Origin: Armatimonadota bacterium | GTDB taxonomy: Bacteria; Armatimonadota; Fimbriimonadia; Fimbriimonadales; Fimbriimonadaceae | Assembly: GCA_016125185.1 (NCBI GenBank) | Contig: WGMG01000009.1 | Location: forward strand, 34,314 to 98,313 | DNA: 64,000 bases | Reading direction: 5' to 3' | Notes under the pieces: model-generated | Database searches by the model: none | Told to the model about the DNA's origin: nothing | What the model saw: only the letters and a program-made list of their open reading frames with translations | Made by a program: the position numbers and the translations under genes | Shown here: piece by piece, positions 38,285 through 46,812 of the stretch | How the letters are laid out: each line of letters starts with the position of its first letter | Position numbering within the stretch: position 1 is the first letter of the stretch

Positions 38285-38743
38285 ATGGCCAGCGAAGTCG
38301 AGGTTCTGAACGTCGCCGCCCAATGGGTGGCCTATCGCCGCTTGACCTGCGACCGAGACAAAATCGGCCCCGCCATCACCGCGCCCGATGTCTTGCCCGG
38401 CATCTACGAACTAGCCAAGAAGCACGGCGTCCAAGCTGGCCCACCCTATGCCCGCTACCTGCGATGGGGCGAAACCGATTGCGATCTCCAGTGTGGAGTA
38501 CCCCTCACTGGCCCTGTGCCGCCGGAGGGCAACATCGTCGTCGACTACTACACATCCTGCCGCCTAGCCATGCTCACTTTTGTCGGCCCCTATTCCGAGC
38601 TTGGCAAGGCTCACGACACCGTCATCGAGTTCATCAAGGCCAACGGCTACTCGTTCGGCGGCCCTTGTTGGGAAGTCTACGACGGCCCTGGCAACCCTGA
38701 CGGCACCGCTACAACCCACGTCTGCTACGCGATCGAGCCTTAG
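38285..38743 (+). CDS. GyrI-like small-molecule-binding domain protein
   Basis: 152 aa with the pattern of SOUL/GyrI-like effector-binding proteins (..GPPYARYL...GVPL...VGPYSELGKAHD.VIEFI). Converges on an AraC gene that carries the same kind of domain. Confidence 0.6.
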   Translation: MASEVEVLNVAAQWVAYRRLTCDRDKIGPAITAPDVLPGIYELAKKHGVQAGPPYARYLRWGETDCDLQCGVPLTGPVPPEGNIVVDYYTSCRLAMLTFVGPYSELGKAHDTVIEFIKANGYSFGGPCWEVYDGPGNPDGTATTHVCYAIEP

Positions 38744-39576
38744 CCCAACCCCAGACAAGCTCTCGTGCGCACCTTCTCGAACGGAAGCGGCCATGCAGCG
38801 TACTCATCCCACGAGATTGACGAATTTGGCCAAGCGCCGCTCAGGTACGACCACGCCTCATTCCGCTGATTGCGCTCCACAAAATGCTTCGTCTTGATCG
38901 CCAATTGGCTTGGCACCGAAACCGTCTCAAATCCTGGTGGTGCAACCTCGCTGGACGGAAGTAAAAAGCCAAGTTCGGCCCGCATCAGGTTCTTATTCGG
39001 GCAAGTCCACAGGTTGTCGCGATAGATGGTCACCCAGGTCCTTCCCTCCTCAAACGGAACCTTCTCCCATCCCTCCCACAGGTACGCATAATTGCCAACA
39101 TGGCGGATGGCCGCCACCCGAAACGGCACAATCCGCTCCAACTTCGTCTCGTACTTGACCGCGAGGTTCGGAGCTTCGAACGTCTCGTCCCAATGCTCGT
39201 TCCAGTGCAGTCCATCGGGTGATGGGAGCTTCCAATCCAGCCCCGACGCCAGAAAGTGCCGAGGTGGCAACCCGAACGTCCGCTTGAAGGCCCGACAAAA
39301 CGCTTCCGGCGAACCGAACCCGCCCAACATCGAAGCCTCCTGCACCGAAAATCCCTCTCGAAGTCCGTACGCCGCTCGCTCCAGTCGGATGCGTCGATGA
39401 AGATCGCCCAGCGATTCGCCGCACATCTCGTGAAAGACGCGCGTCAGGTGCGACCGCGAGTAGCCGCACTGCTGAGCCAACTCTCCGGTCCCCACCACGC
39501 TCAGCGGTGACCGGAGAATCTGGTTCAATAGGTCGGCCAGGTTCGGCGCGACCTCCTGTTTGGTCTGATATCTCAT
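38740..39576 (-). CDS. AraC family transcriptional regulator with C-terminal GyrI-like effector domain
   Basis: HTH region LAQQCGYSRSHLTRVFHEMCGESLGDLHRRIRLERAAYGL...GFGSPEAFCRAFKRTFGLPP. The likely start is ATG 39576 (MRYQTKQE), and the track start is over-extended. Confidence 0.8.
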   Translation of the reverse strand: MRYQTKQEVAPNLADLLNQILRSPLSVVGTGELAQQCGYSRSHLTRVFHEMCGESLGDLHRRIRLERAAYGLREGFSVQEASMLGGFGSPEAFCRAFKRTFGLPPRHFLASGLDWKLPSPDGLHWNEHWDETFEAPNLAVKYETKLERIVPFRVAAIRHVGNYAYLWEGWEKVPFEEGRTWVTIYRDNLWTCPNKNLMRAELGFLLPSSEVAPPGFETVSVPSQLAIKTKHFVERNQRNEAWSYLSGAWPNSSISWDEYAAWPLPFEKVRTRACLGLG

Positions 39577-39580
39577 CCCC

Positions 39581-40492
39581 TCATCGTTTCTTTTGGCGGA
39601 GCAACAGGGCCAAGCCTCCCGCCAAGCCAATCACCGCCGACGGCTCCGGCACCACCAGCAAGCTCACCGGACCACTGAGCCCCGACGCCACAAAATCGCC
39701 CTGGTAGGCGCCCGAAGTCGCATCGAACTTCAGCACTCGATTGTTTCGCCAACTGGTGATATAGACGCTGTCTTTGTAGAAAACCATTCCCGTAGCGCCG
39801 TTGAGACCGCCCGAGTTCGCCGCAATGAACGTGTCGATATACGTCCCTGTGCTCGCGTCGTACCGCAAAACCTTGTTGCCGTTGTCGCTGGTCACATACA
39901 TTGCGCCGTTGCGCCAAATGATCTGCCGAGGTTGAGACAAACCGCCCGACCCGGAGGGAATGAATTTGTCGATGAATGCGCCGGTCGTCCCGTTGTAGCG
40001 CAAGACGTCGCCCGAGTTGAAGCTGGGCACGTACAGATTTCCGTCCGGCCCAAACGTCGCACCGATGTCCGGCCCATCCAAGCCTCCACTACCTGGAAGC
40101 ACGAACGAGCCGAGCGGGCTCCCCGTCGACGAATACTTTGCCACCGAGTCGATGTCGAACTGACCGACGTACGCCTTGCCGTCCTTGTCGAACGTCACCG
40201 CCGTCGGACTGTTGGCCGTCGCAAACCGTCCTAGCCATGCTCCGTTCCGATCGAACTTCTCCAGCGAACCGGTCAGCTCACTGCAGACGTACACGGAGCC
40301 ATCCGGCCCAATGGTCATGCCCAATGTGCCGTCGAGCTTGCCCGCCCCCACCATGCCCAAGGACGAGCCAGAGGTCAGATCGTAGCGTTGAATATTGTCG
40401 CCAAAGTAGCTTCCCACCCAAAGCTCGTCGGACGCAAAGGCCGCCAACGGCAAGGATAGAAGCGCTAAGGAAAGAAAGAGTGTCTTCTTCAT
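39581..40492 (-). CDS. NHL-repeat beta-propeller protein with C-terminal PEP-CTERM sorting signal
   Basis: Signal peptide MKKTLFLSLALLSLPLAAFA. Five to six repeats of the type GPDG.(L/V)YV......V.(K/R)(F/Y). C-terminus VVPEPSAVIGLAGGLALLLRQKKR. GGGGGA lies 7 nt before ATG 40492. Confidence 0.7.
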   Translation of the reverse strand: MKKTLFLSLALLSLPLAAFASDELWVGSYFGDNIQRYDLTSGSSLGMVGAGKLDGTLGMTIGPDGSVYVCSELTGSLEKFDRNGAWLGRFATANSPTAVTFDKDGKAYVGQFDIDSVAKYSSTGSPLGSFVLPGSGGLDGPDIGATFGPDGNLYVPSFNSGDVLRYNGTTGAFIDKFIPSGSGGLSQPRQIIWRNGAMYVTSDNGNKVLRYDASTGTYIDTFIAANSGGLNGATGMVFYKDSVYITSWRNNRVLKFDATSGAYQGDFVASGLSGPVSLLVVPEPSAVIGLAGGLALLLRQKKR

Positions 40493-40534
40493 TTGTATTT
40501 CCCCCACAGTCAGTCTCATCGAGTCCTCCAATCG

Positions 40535-40553
40535 AAATCTGACCGTTTGTGCG
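40535..40553. repeat. Direct repeat 1 (AAATCTGACCGTTTGTGCG) in the divergent control region
   Basis: 18/19 identical to 40628-40646 (AAATCTGACCTTTTGTGCG). Confidence 0.75.
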
Positions 40554-40570
40554 CATCTCGCCGTTTACTC

Positions 40571-40598
40571 GGAACGCTTTGTTTGCCAATCGGTCGTC
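40571..40598 (+). promoter_or_regulatory. Possible ECF-type autoregulated promoter (GGAAC-N17-GTC)
   Basis: GGAAC at 40571-40575 and GTCGTC from 40593, about 100 nt upstream of the proposed sigma-factor start. This is a motif-level match only. Confidence 0.3.
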
Positions 40599-40627
40599 TT
40601 CGATATTCAGTCACCGATTGCTGCCCA

Positions 40628-40646
40628 AAATCTGACCTTTTGTGCG
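40628..40646. repeat. Direct repeat 2 (AAATCTGACCTTTTGTGCG)
   Basis: See 40535-40553. The two copies bracket the candidate ECF promoter. Confidence 0.75.
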
Positions 40647-40696
40647 ATTTTCTCGTTGAGGAGGTCCATACTGGCCCCATTAGCGAACAAGCGATT

Positions 40697-41242
40697 GTGG
40701 AGTCAAAACAAGTACCGGAGGCCCTGACCTTGGACATCAGTCCATCGTCGCCTTCCCGACCGCAACGGGCGAGGAGCATCGAAGATCTCTTTGAAGATCA
40801 TTTCGACGCCGTCTATCGCTATCTTTCTCGCCGAATCGGCAATGCCGAGGACGCCAAGGACCTTGCGGCCGAGACATTCGCCGCCGCTATGAGCGGACGG
40901 TGCCCCCGAGGCGTCGCCCCTCGTTGCTGGCTCTACGGAATCGCCCGTCGCAAGCTCGCCGACGTCTATCGAAAACGTCGCCGCCACGAACCCCTCGACC
41001 CGAACCAAGCCGACCCCTCCAATCTCGAATCGTCGGTGGCCCTTCGTCGGTCCATCGAGGCATTGCCTCCCAATCAGCGCGACGCGTTCCTGCTCCAGGC
41101 CCTCGAAGACCTTTCCGTCGACGAAATCGCCCAAGTCATGCGGCGGTCTCGAACCAGCGTCAAGGCCCTTCTCCAACGCGCAAAAGAAACCCTGCGCAAA
41201 GACCATAACGACTTCCTACAGGTACCCGATGCAAGAAAATAA
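40697..41242 (+). CDS. ECF-type RNA polymerase sigma-70 family factor
   Basis: Region 2 reads EDLFEDHFDAVYRYLSRRIGNAEDAKDLAAETF. Region 4 reads LPPNQRDAFLLQALEDLSVDEIAQVMRRSRTSVKALLQRA. The TTG track start at 40493 abuts the divergent gene and is unlikely. GTG 40697 is my best guess (uncertain). Confidence 0.7.
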   Translation: MESKQVPEALTLDISPSSPSRPQRARSIEDLFEDHFDAVYRYLSRRIGNAEDAKDLAAETFAAAMSGRCPRGVAPRCWLYGIARRKLADVYRKRRRHEPLDPNQADPSNLESSVALRRSIEALPPNQRDAFLLQALEDLSVDEIAQVMRRSRTSVKALLQRAKETLRKDHNDFLQVPDARK

Positions 41243-42569
41243 CGCCCTTCAATCAGCCTTTCCCGCCAGTGATCCCACCGATTTGACCCGATCCGACGTC
41301 CTGAACCAAGCCAACCGCATTCATGGCCAGCACCTTCGCCAACGGCGAAACCGAAGCGTGGTTCTTGGCGGCATCGCCACTGTCGCCATCGGCTCCTTCG
41401 CAGTCTCCGTTGGTCCGAAAGCTTACGCCTACTACCAATTCCAAAAGATCGCCGGGGCAAGCTCCGACTGCAAAACCGCGGTCATGAAGTCCTACGATAT
41501 CAAGTCGGACGGAACAACTCAACTCCGCTCCACGACCTACTTCGAAAACGGAAAGTGGAGAATCGAAGACGACGGCAAGGTGACCATCTTTGCCGACCAC
41601 ATTCTTTGGAAGCTCGATCCAGCCCTCCAAAAAGCCACCAAGAAACGGGCGGACGGACCGTTTGCCTATACACCCAGTGGCTTTTCAATCGGGGCGCTGG
41701 CTTCGGACCACCAACGCTGGCACTGGTCGGGCCAGAAGATATCGTTTGGATCGGAAACGTACCAGGGCCAGCCGGTCGATGTCGTCACGATGGAGCAGAC
41801 CACATTCCCCACCCAATCAAAGTTCTTCGCGTCGAAGAACGACCATCGAATTTTCCGAGTGGAAGTTCGCACCCTTAAGAACGGCACATGGATTTTGGGC
41901 GGATTCGAAACGATAAGCTACGATCAGCCCCTCCCAGCCAAGACCTTTGCCGTCGATTTCCCCAAGGAAACCCAGGTCATCGATGTCGATCACATCGCCG
42001 ACGACTGGAAGAAGAAGCTCGAAAAGCCCATCGCAACGCTTAAGTCGGAGCACGGCCAAATCGTGATTCGAGACTACTACGTCAACTCCCGCGGCCATGT
42101 ATTCATCGTCTTCACCGACGGCGAAACCAAAGCAGAAGTTCGCAACGAAGCGTTGCAAATGAGGCAGAGTAGCCCCCCTAAGACTTGGCACGCTCTGCCA
42201 ACCGTCTCGGCGAGGGACAGCGAGCTGATCGGCTACGAGCAGTCTCCCGCCAGCTTCCAGCCGTTTGTGGGAAGCGCTGTGCCCAATCTTGAGAGAGGGA
42301 TCGTGCTTTCGGACGGCGAAATCCTCCAGGGTGCCTGGCTGGTTCCCGCCCGGATCACTCCCTGGAAGCCCAAGCAACTCGATGTCCAGTTCTTAATCAA
42401 CTGGCCCGGACGCGATTCTGAACGCACCAACACGTGGACGATCCAACTGGACCACAAAGGCGACTCTCTCCGCCCCGATTGGATGGTAGCTTGCGCGATC
42501 GGTCCAATTAACGATGAGGCCGTCCTCAGGGCCGAGCAAAGGCAAGCCGTCCTGCCCGCCAAGCGCTAA
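41229..42569 (+). CDS. Candidate anti-sigma factor: short cytoplasmic N-terminus, one TM helix, large extracytoplasmic domain
   Basis: Overlaps the sigma gene by 14 nt. TM helix VVLGGIATVAIGSFAVSV at about aa 45-62. The external domain belongs to no recognised family. Confidence 0.5.
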   Translation: MQENNALQSAFPASDPTDLTRSDVLNQANRIHGQHLRQRRNRSVVLGGIATVAIGSFAVSVGPKAYAYYQFQKIAGASSDCKTAVMKSYDIKSDGTTQLRSTTYFENGKWRIEDDGKVTIFADHILWKLDPALQKATKKRADGPFAYTPSGFSIGALASDHQRWHWSGQKISFGSETYQGQPVDVVTMEQTTFPTQSKFFASKNDHRIFRVEVRTLKNGTWILGGFETISYDQPLPAKTFAVDFPKETQVIDVDHIADDWKKKLEKPIATLKSEHGQIVIRDYYVNSRGHVFIVFTDGETKAEVRNEALQMRQSSPPKTWHALPTVSARDSELIGYEQSPASFQPFVGSAVPNLERGIVLSDGEILQGAWLVPARITPWKPKQLDVQFLINWPGRDSERTNTWTIQLDHKGDSLRPDWMVACAIGPINDEAVLRAEQRQAVLPAKR

Positions 42570-42572
42570 GCT

Positions 42573-43151
42573 CTAACCCAGATGTGGTTGCGCGAGTTTC
42601 TCCAGATACTTCGCAACCACATCGTATTCGATATTCACCTTCGAGCCCGCCGTCAGCCGACCAAGGTTTGTGTTCGCCAAGGTATGCGGGATGACCCAAA
42701 CATCGAACTCATTGCCTTTCGGCTCCACCACCGTCAGCGAAATCCCATTCACCGTGATCGATCCCTTCTCGATGACATACCGTCCCGACGGAATGCGGAA
42801 GCGATACACGAACGAGTTCCCTTCTTCCCGAATCGACACCACTTCGCCGACGCCGTCCACATGCCCCTGAACGATATGCCCGCCAAACCGGTCGTTCGCC
42901 TGCATCGCTCGCTCCAGATTCACCGCGCTTCCTGCGCCAAGGTCGGCAAAAGCCGTTCGCGAAATCGTTTCCGGCGAGAGTTCAAACTTCAAATGTTCCG
43001 GCGAGCTAACCAGCGTAAGACAAACGCCATCGACCGCGATCGATTCGCCCAGCGTCAACCCCTCGACATCGAGGTCCTTCGCGTCGATGAGCAAAACTCC
43101 GTCCTGGAGCGAAACGACCTCGCCAACCGCCTGAATGATGCCGGTAAACAT
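42573..43151 (-). CDS. ribE: Riboflavin synthase (alpha chain)
   Basis: MFTGIIQAVGEV... and a duplicated lumazine-binding repeat (..VNLE.. / ..VNIE..). Confidence 0.9.
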   Translation of the reverse strand: MFTGIIQAVGEVVSLQDGVLLIDAKDLDVEGLTLGESIAVDGVCLTLVSSPEHLKFELSPETISRTAFADLGAGSAVNLERAMQANDRFGGHIVQGHVDGVGEVVSIREEGNSFVYRFRIPSGRYVIEKGSITVNGISLTVVEPKGNEFDVWVIPHTLANTNLGRLTAGSKVNIEYDVVAKYLEKLAQPHLG

Positions 43152-43215
43152 GATAGGCCCATAAGTAAACCCTGCAACGGCGCGCCGCGATCAGCGTAAA
43201 ATCCTTACAGACTTC

Positions 43216-44031
43216 ATGCTTTTTGGCAATAAGGCTGAACAATATCCGCACCTGGTCGGCTACCTCCGCGAAACCGAGAACCTCGATCTTTTCAAAGACT
43301 TTCATCAACAATGGAGTCGGATCATTCTCGCCTGCGTCGGTGTGCCGTTCCTCATTGGCCTCGCCTTCCACAACTCGATTCCGCTCATCTTGACCCTCAT
43401 CGTCACCGCCCTCTGCGGCGGCGTAGCCGGGTTCTTCATGCAACAGAAAAAGGCCGAGCTCTACACACCGGAGCTCGAATCTCGCCTCGAAGCCCAGCGC
43501 CTTTTCGGCACGCTTCGAAAGATGCTGACCTTCCACCGCCTGCACCGCGACCTCAGCGAGTCCTCGTTGACCCTGATGGACGAGATCGCTCGCACTCGCA
43601 TGGAGACGCGCCAACTGCTGGAGTCGCCTTATTGGCGGCAGCCCGCCCTCGCCCCGACCTACGTCCAGCTTCGTGAGCAAGCGCTAACGGCCTGCGATCA
43701 GGCGATGAACGACGCCGTCATGCAGTTCAAAATGGTCATCCCCACCCATGTCGAATCTCGCCGCCCTGGCGACTACGTCAGCGAAGCGATGGAAATGTTT
43801 CTCAAGACCCCCAAACCGATTCACCAGGAATCGGGCGTTGGCTTCGATGCCGCCTTCAAGGTCGCCGACAAACTCCAACTGATGCGGAGCGAATTGGAAA
43901 AAATGACCCTCCAAGGTGAACGCGACACAATGACGACCTCGCCCGACATCCCCGGCGGCATGCTCGATCTCACGATGTCCGAAATCCGCACCATCCGCCA
44001 AGCCGAAGAAGAACTCCGACAGGGCCTCTAG
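43216..44031 (+). CDS. Hypothetical membrane protein (2 TM, helical C-terminal domain)
   Basis: TM helices IILACVGVPFLIGLAF and LILTLIVTALCGGVAGFF. No family recognised. Confidence 0.5.
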   Translation: MLFGNKAEQYPHLVGYLRETENLDLFKDFHQQWSRIILACVGVPFLIGLAFHNSIPLILTLIVTALCGGVAGFFMQQKKAELYTPELESRLEAQRLFGTLRKMLTFHRLHRDLSESSLTLMDEIARTRMETRQLLESPYWRQPALAPTYVQLREQALTACDQAMNDAVMQFKMVIPTHVESRRPGDYVSEAMEMFLKTPKPIHQESGVGFDAAFKVADKLQLMRSELEKMTLQGERDTMTTSPDIPGGMLDLTMSEIRTIRQAEEELRQGL

Positions 44032-44068
44032 TTTTCGCGTTAAGTGCCCAAACACGGCAGCCCCCTAT

Positions 44069-44173
44069 TCCCTCTCCTAATTCTTGAATTGAGGGTCCGC
44101 AGTTGGAACTGCCACAAAGGCAGTTCCAACGTGGATGGTTGTCACCTGACTTGTGTCAGGTGACGGGTGAGGG
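44069..44173. repeat. Cluster of three hairpins between convergent genes; the first is a degenerate copy of the 29322-type palindromic element
   Basis: The three hairpins are CCCTCTCCTAATT-CTTG-AATTGAGGG (44069-44094), a perfect 12-bp stem GTTGGAACTGCC-acaaa-GGCAGTTCCAAC (44101-44129), and GTCACCTGA-cttgtg-TCAGGTGAC (44140-44163). They are followed by GGGTGAGGGC, as in copy 1. Confidence 0.7.
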
Positions 44174-44212
44174 CAGTCCGCTGAAAAGCCGCGAACAAGG
44201 GCAAAAAAACAC

Positions 44213-44992
44213 TCACAAGAGCCCGCTCACCGACTCCAAACACCATTGCCCAGCAATCGCTTCATGTGCCACCCCGCTCAAGACCAGCAACGTGTCGCAC
44301 CCCGCCGCTCGGCCACAAGCGATGTCCGTATCCATGCGGTCGCCCACCATCAGCGTATCCGCTGCATCGATCCCCAATCGATCAAATGCCGATGTCAGAA
44401 TTGTCGGATTCGGCTTCCCCGCCACAAACGGCTTCACTCCGCTACAAGCCTCGATCGCGGCCACAATCGACCCCGATCCCGGGCTAAACTTGCCTCCCTC
44501 GATCGGGTACGTCAGATCACCGTTACAGGCGATATAGTTCTGGGTCTGAATTGCCACCTGCATCGCCGAATCCAAAAGTCGATACGAAAGCGCCTCGCGA
44601 CAAATGCCCGAAACCACCACGTCCGCCGACGAATCGCTTGGCCTGACCGAACCGTCCTCACCCGCATTCACCACCTCCAATCCGTTCGCCCGGAACGTCG
44701 CCACCAGGCCCGGCTCGCCGACCAAAAACACCTTTTGGTATCCGCGCAATCGGCAGACATCGGCTCCAGCCTGCCCGCTCGTCACGATCTGATCCTCGCT
44801 CGCCGAAAAGCCCAATCGCCCCAGCTTCTCCACGTAGTCGCCCTTTGTCAGCCCAGAATTATTGGTGACGTAGAGAATTCTTGCCCCGCGCCCCTGAAGC
44901 GCCGCGACCGTTTCCGCCGCGCCAGGAACAACCTCATTTCCCCGGTATAACGTCCCGTCGAGATCGAAGCCATAGCAAGAGTAGAAACGCAC
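44213..44992 (-). CDS. HAD-IIA family hydrolase (NagD-like sugar phosphatase)
   Basis: FDLDGTLY (motif I), VTNNS (motif II), and GKP...MVGDRMDTDI (motifs III/IV). Confidence 0.8.
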   Translation of the reverse strand: MRFYSCYGFDLDGTLYRGNEVVPGAAETVAALQGRGARILYVTNNSGLTKGDYVEKLGRLGFSASEDQIVTSGQAGADVCRLRGYQKVFLVGEPGLVATFRANGLEVVNAGEDGSVRPSDSSADVVVSGICREALSYRLLDSAMQVAIQTQNYIACNGDLTYPIEGGKFSPGSGSIVAAIEACSGVKPFVAGKPNPTILTSAFDRLGIDAADTLMVGDRMDTDIACGRAAGCDTLLVLSGVAHEAIAGQWCLESVSGLL

Positions 44993-45064
44993 AGAAGATT
45001 TTAGCCGTAGTAAGTTTCACAATATTCTGAAATTTCGATGATTTCAGCCGATGGTGCGGTATAA

Positions 45065-45802
45065 ATGAAGAAGGAAATGGTCGATACACAACAGCCGGTA
45101 CCGCTCTGGGAAACCCAGGGAGACGACAAACGAGTCGCGGTGCAGGGGCTGTTCGCCCGTATAGCCAAGAATTATGACCTCGCCAATCGGCTTTTGAGTT
45201 TCAATCGCGACCGAAAGTGGCGAGAACTAGCCACCTCGAAACTCAACCTCAAGCCCGGCGATTCAGCCCTCGACCTCTGCTGTGGCACCGGTGATTTCCT
45301 TCCGCCCCTTCGAAAAAGGGTCGGCGACTCCGGCAAGCTCGTCGGTCTCGACTTCTGCGCGCCGATGCTCGACCAAGCCGCCGCCAAAGACCCGAAGGCA
45401 ACCCTGATCCTCGCCGACGCCTGCAACCTCCCGCTCGGCGCAAACGAATTCGAAGGCGTCTCCGTCGGATGGGGCATCCGCAACGTGCCCGACATCGAAA
45501 AAGCCCACACCGAAATCTTCCGCGTGCTCAAGCCCGGAGGCCACTTCGTCTCGCTGGACTGCGCGGAACCGAGCTCACCCCTCGTCCGCAAGGCAACCGG
45601 ACTGGGACGAAGCCTCATGACTCGCCTCCTCGGCGCGTCCCTCGGCAATAGCAAAGAGTACGCCTACCTCGACGAATCCACCAAGCGATTCAAGTCGCGC
45701 GCCGAACTCGTTTCCATCATGGAGCAAGCGGGCTTCGTCGACGTCCAATTTCAAGACCTGATGTTTGGAAACATCTGCATCCACTGGGGAACCAAACCGT
45801 GA
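45065..45802 (+). CDS. ubiE: Demethylmenaquinone/ubiquinone C-methyltransferase
   Basis: VQGLFARIAKNYDLANRLLSFNRDRKWR is the hallmark UbiE/MenG N-terminus. LDLCCGTGD is SAM motif I. Confidence 0.85.
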   Translation: MKKEMVDTQQPVPLWETQGDDKRVAVQGLFARIAKNYDLANRLLSFNRDRKWRELATSKLNLKPGDSALDLCCGTGDFLPPLRKRVGDSGKLVGLDFCAPMLDQAAAKDPKATLILADACNLPLGANEFEGVSVGWGIRNVPDIEKAHTEIFRVLKPGGHFVSLDCAEPSSPLVRKATGLGRSLMTRLLGASLGNSKEYAYLDESTKRFKSRAELVSIMEQAGFVDVQFQDLMFGNICIHWGTKP

Positions 45803-46812
45803 CCGTATCATCCTTATCCATCCTCAACAACCCCGAAATCCGGGCCCAGCTTCTGCGCCGGGTCTCCGAAGAAGTCGCCGACATCGAGCAGGTCATCCGC
45901 GAAAGCACCGACTCACCAGTCGAGATCATCCGTAACGTTTCCAAGCAGATTCTCGATGCCGGTGGAAAGCGCATCCGCCCCGCGTTCGTCATCCTCTCGG
46001 GCAAGGCCGTCAACCCCGACGCCGACATGGTCCGTCTGCGTCGCCTCGGTGCCTGCATGGAGATCATCCACATGGCGACCCTGGTTCACGATGATGTCAT
46101 CGATTCCGCTGGCACCCGCCGTGGAAAGCCGACCGCCGCCGCCACCTATGGCAACACGACCGCCATCATGTCCGGCGACGTCTTTCTCGCAAAGGCCATG
46201 TCGCTCCTTGCCAGCGACGGCGATGTCGAAGTCTTCCGCACCGTCAGCGACGCCGTTTGCGAAATCGCCGAGGGCGAAGTTCTGGAACTCGAGGCCCGAG
46301 GCGACTTCGATCTCGACATCGAACACCACCTCGAAATTCTGCGCATGAAGACGGCCTCGTTCATCCGTTGTTGCTGCGAACTCGGCGCGATCGTCGCCGG
46401 CGCTAGTCGCCAACAGCGCGAGTCACTCGCCAAGTTTGGCGAGCACACCGGCATGGCTTTTCAAATCGCCGACGACCTCCTCGACTATCGAGGCGACAAA
46501 GTCAAGACCGGCAAGCCGATCGCCACCGACTTCCGCGATGGTCAAGCGACTCTGCCGCTGATCTACCTTCGCGAAAAGCTCAGCGAGGCCGAAAGCCAGA
46601 TAGCCCGCCGACGCTTCGGTGGCTCAGTCAACGAGGACGAAATTCGCATGATCTGCGACTGGATGGACACCCGTGGCGCGTTCACCATGAGCGAGGAGAT
46701 GGCCAATAACCACATCAGCCTCGCCCACGACCAGATCGATACCTTGGCGGAGGGCCTACCCCGGGACATGCTCCACGCCGTCGCCGACTACGTCCTCGCT
46801 CGCCAATCCTAA
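45799..46812 (+). CDS. Polyprenyl diphosphate synthase (hepta-/octaprenyl type, trans-IPPS)
   Basis: First DDxxD region LVHDDVIDSAGTRRGKPT and second FQIADDLLD. Overlaps ubiE by 4 nt. Confidence 0.85.
   Translation: MTVSSLSILNNPEIRAQLLRRVSEEVADIEQVIRESTDSPVEIIRNVSKQILDAGGKRIRPAFVILSGKAVNPDADMVRLRRLGACMEIIHMATLVHDDVIDSAGTRRGKPTAAATYGNTTAIMSGDVFLAKAMSLLASDGDVEVFRTVSDAVCEIAEGEVLELEARGDFDLDIEHHLEILRMKTASFIRCCCELGAIVAGASRQQRESLAKFGEHTGMAFQIADDLLDYRGDKVKTGKPIATDFRDGQATLPLIYLREKLSEAESQIARRRFGGSVNEDEIRMICDWMDTRGAFTMSEEMANNHISLAHDQIDTLAEGLPRDMLHAVADYVLARQS

Noticed and set aside
40493-40696. TTG start at 40493 giving a 249-aa sigma factor with a 68-aa N-terminal extension
   Set aside because: This start would abut the divergent PEP-CTERM gene start with no promoter space. 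The extension is Cys/Arg/Leu-rich and unlike sigma region 1. An internal start is more plausible, although GTG 40697 is only a guess.
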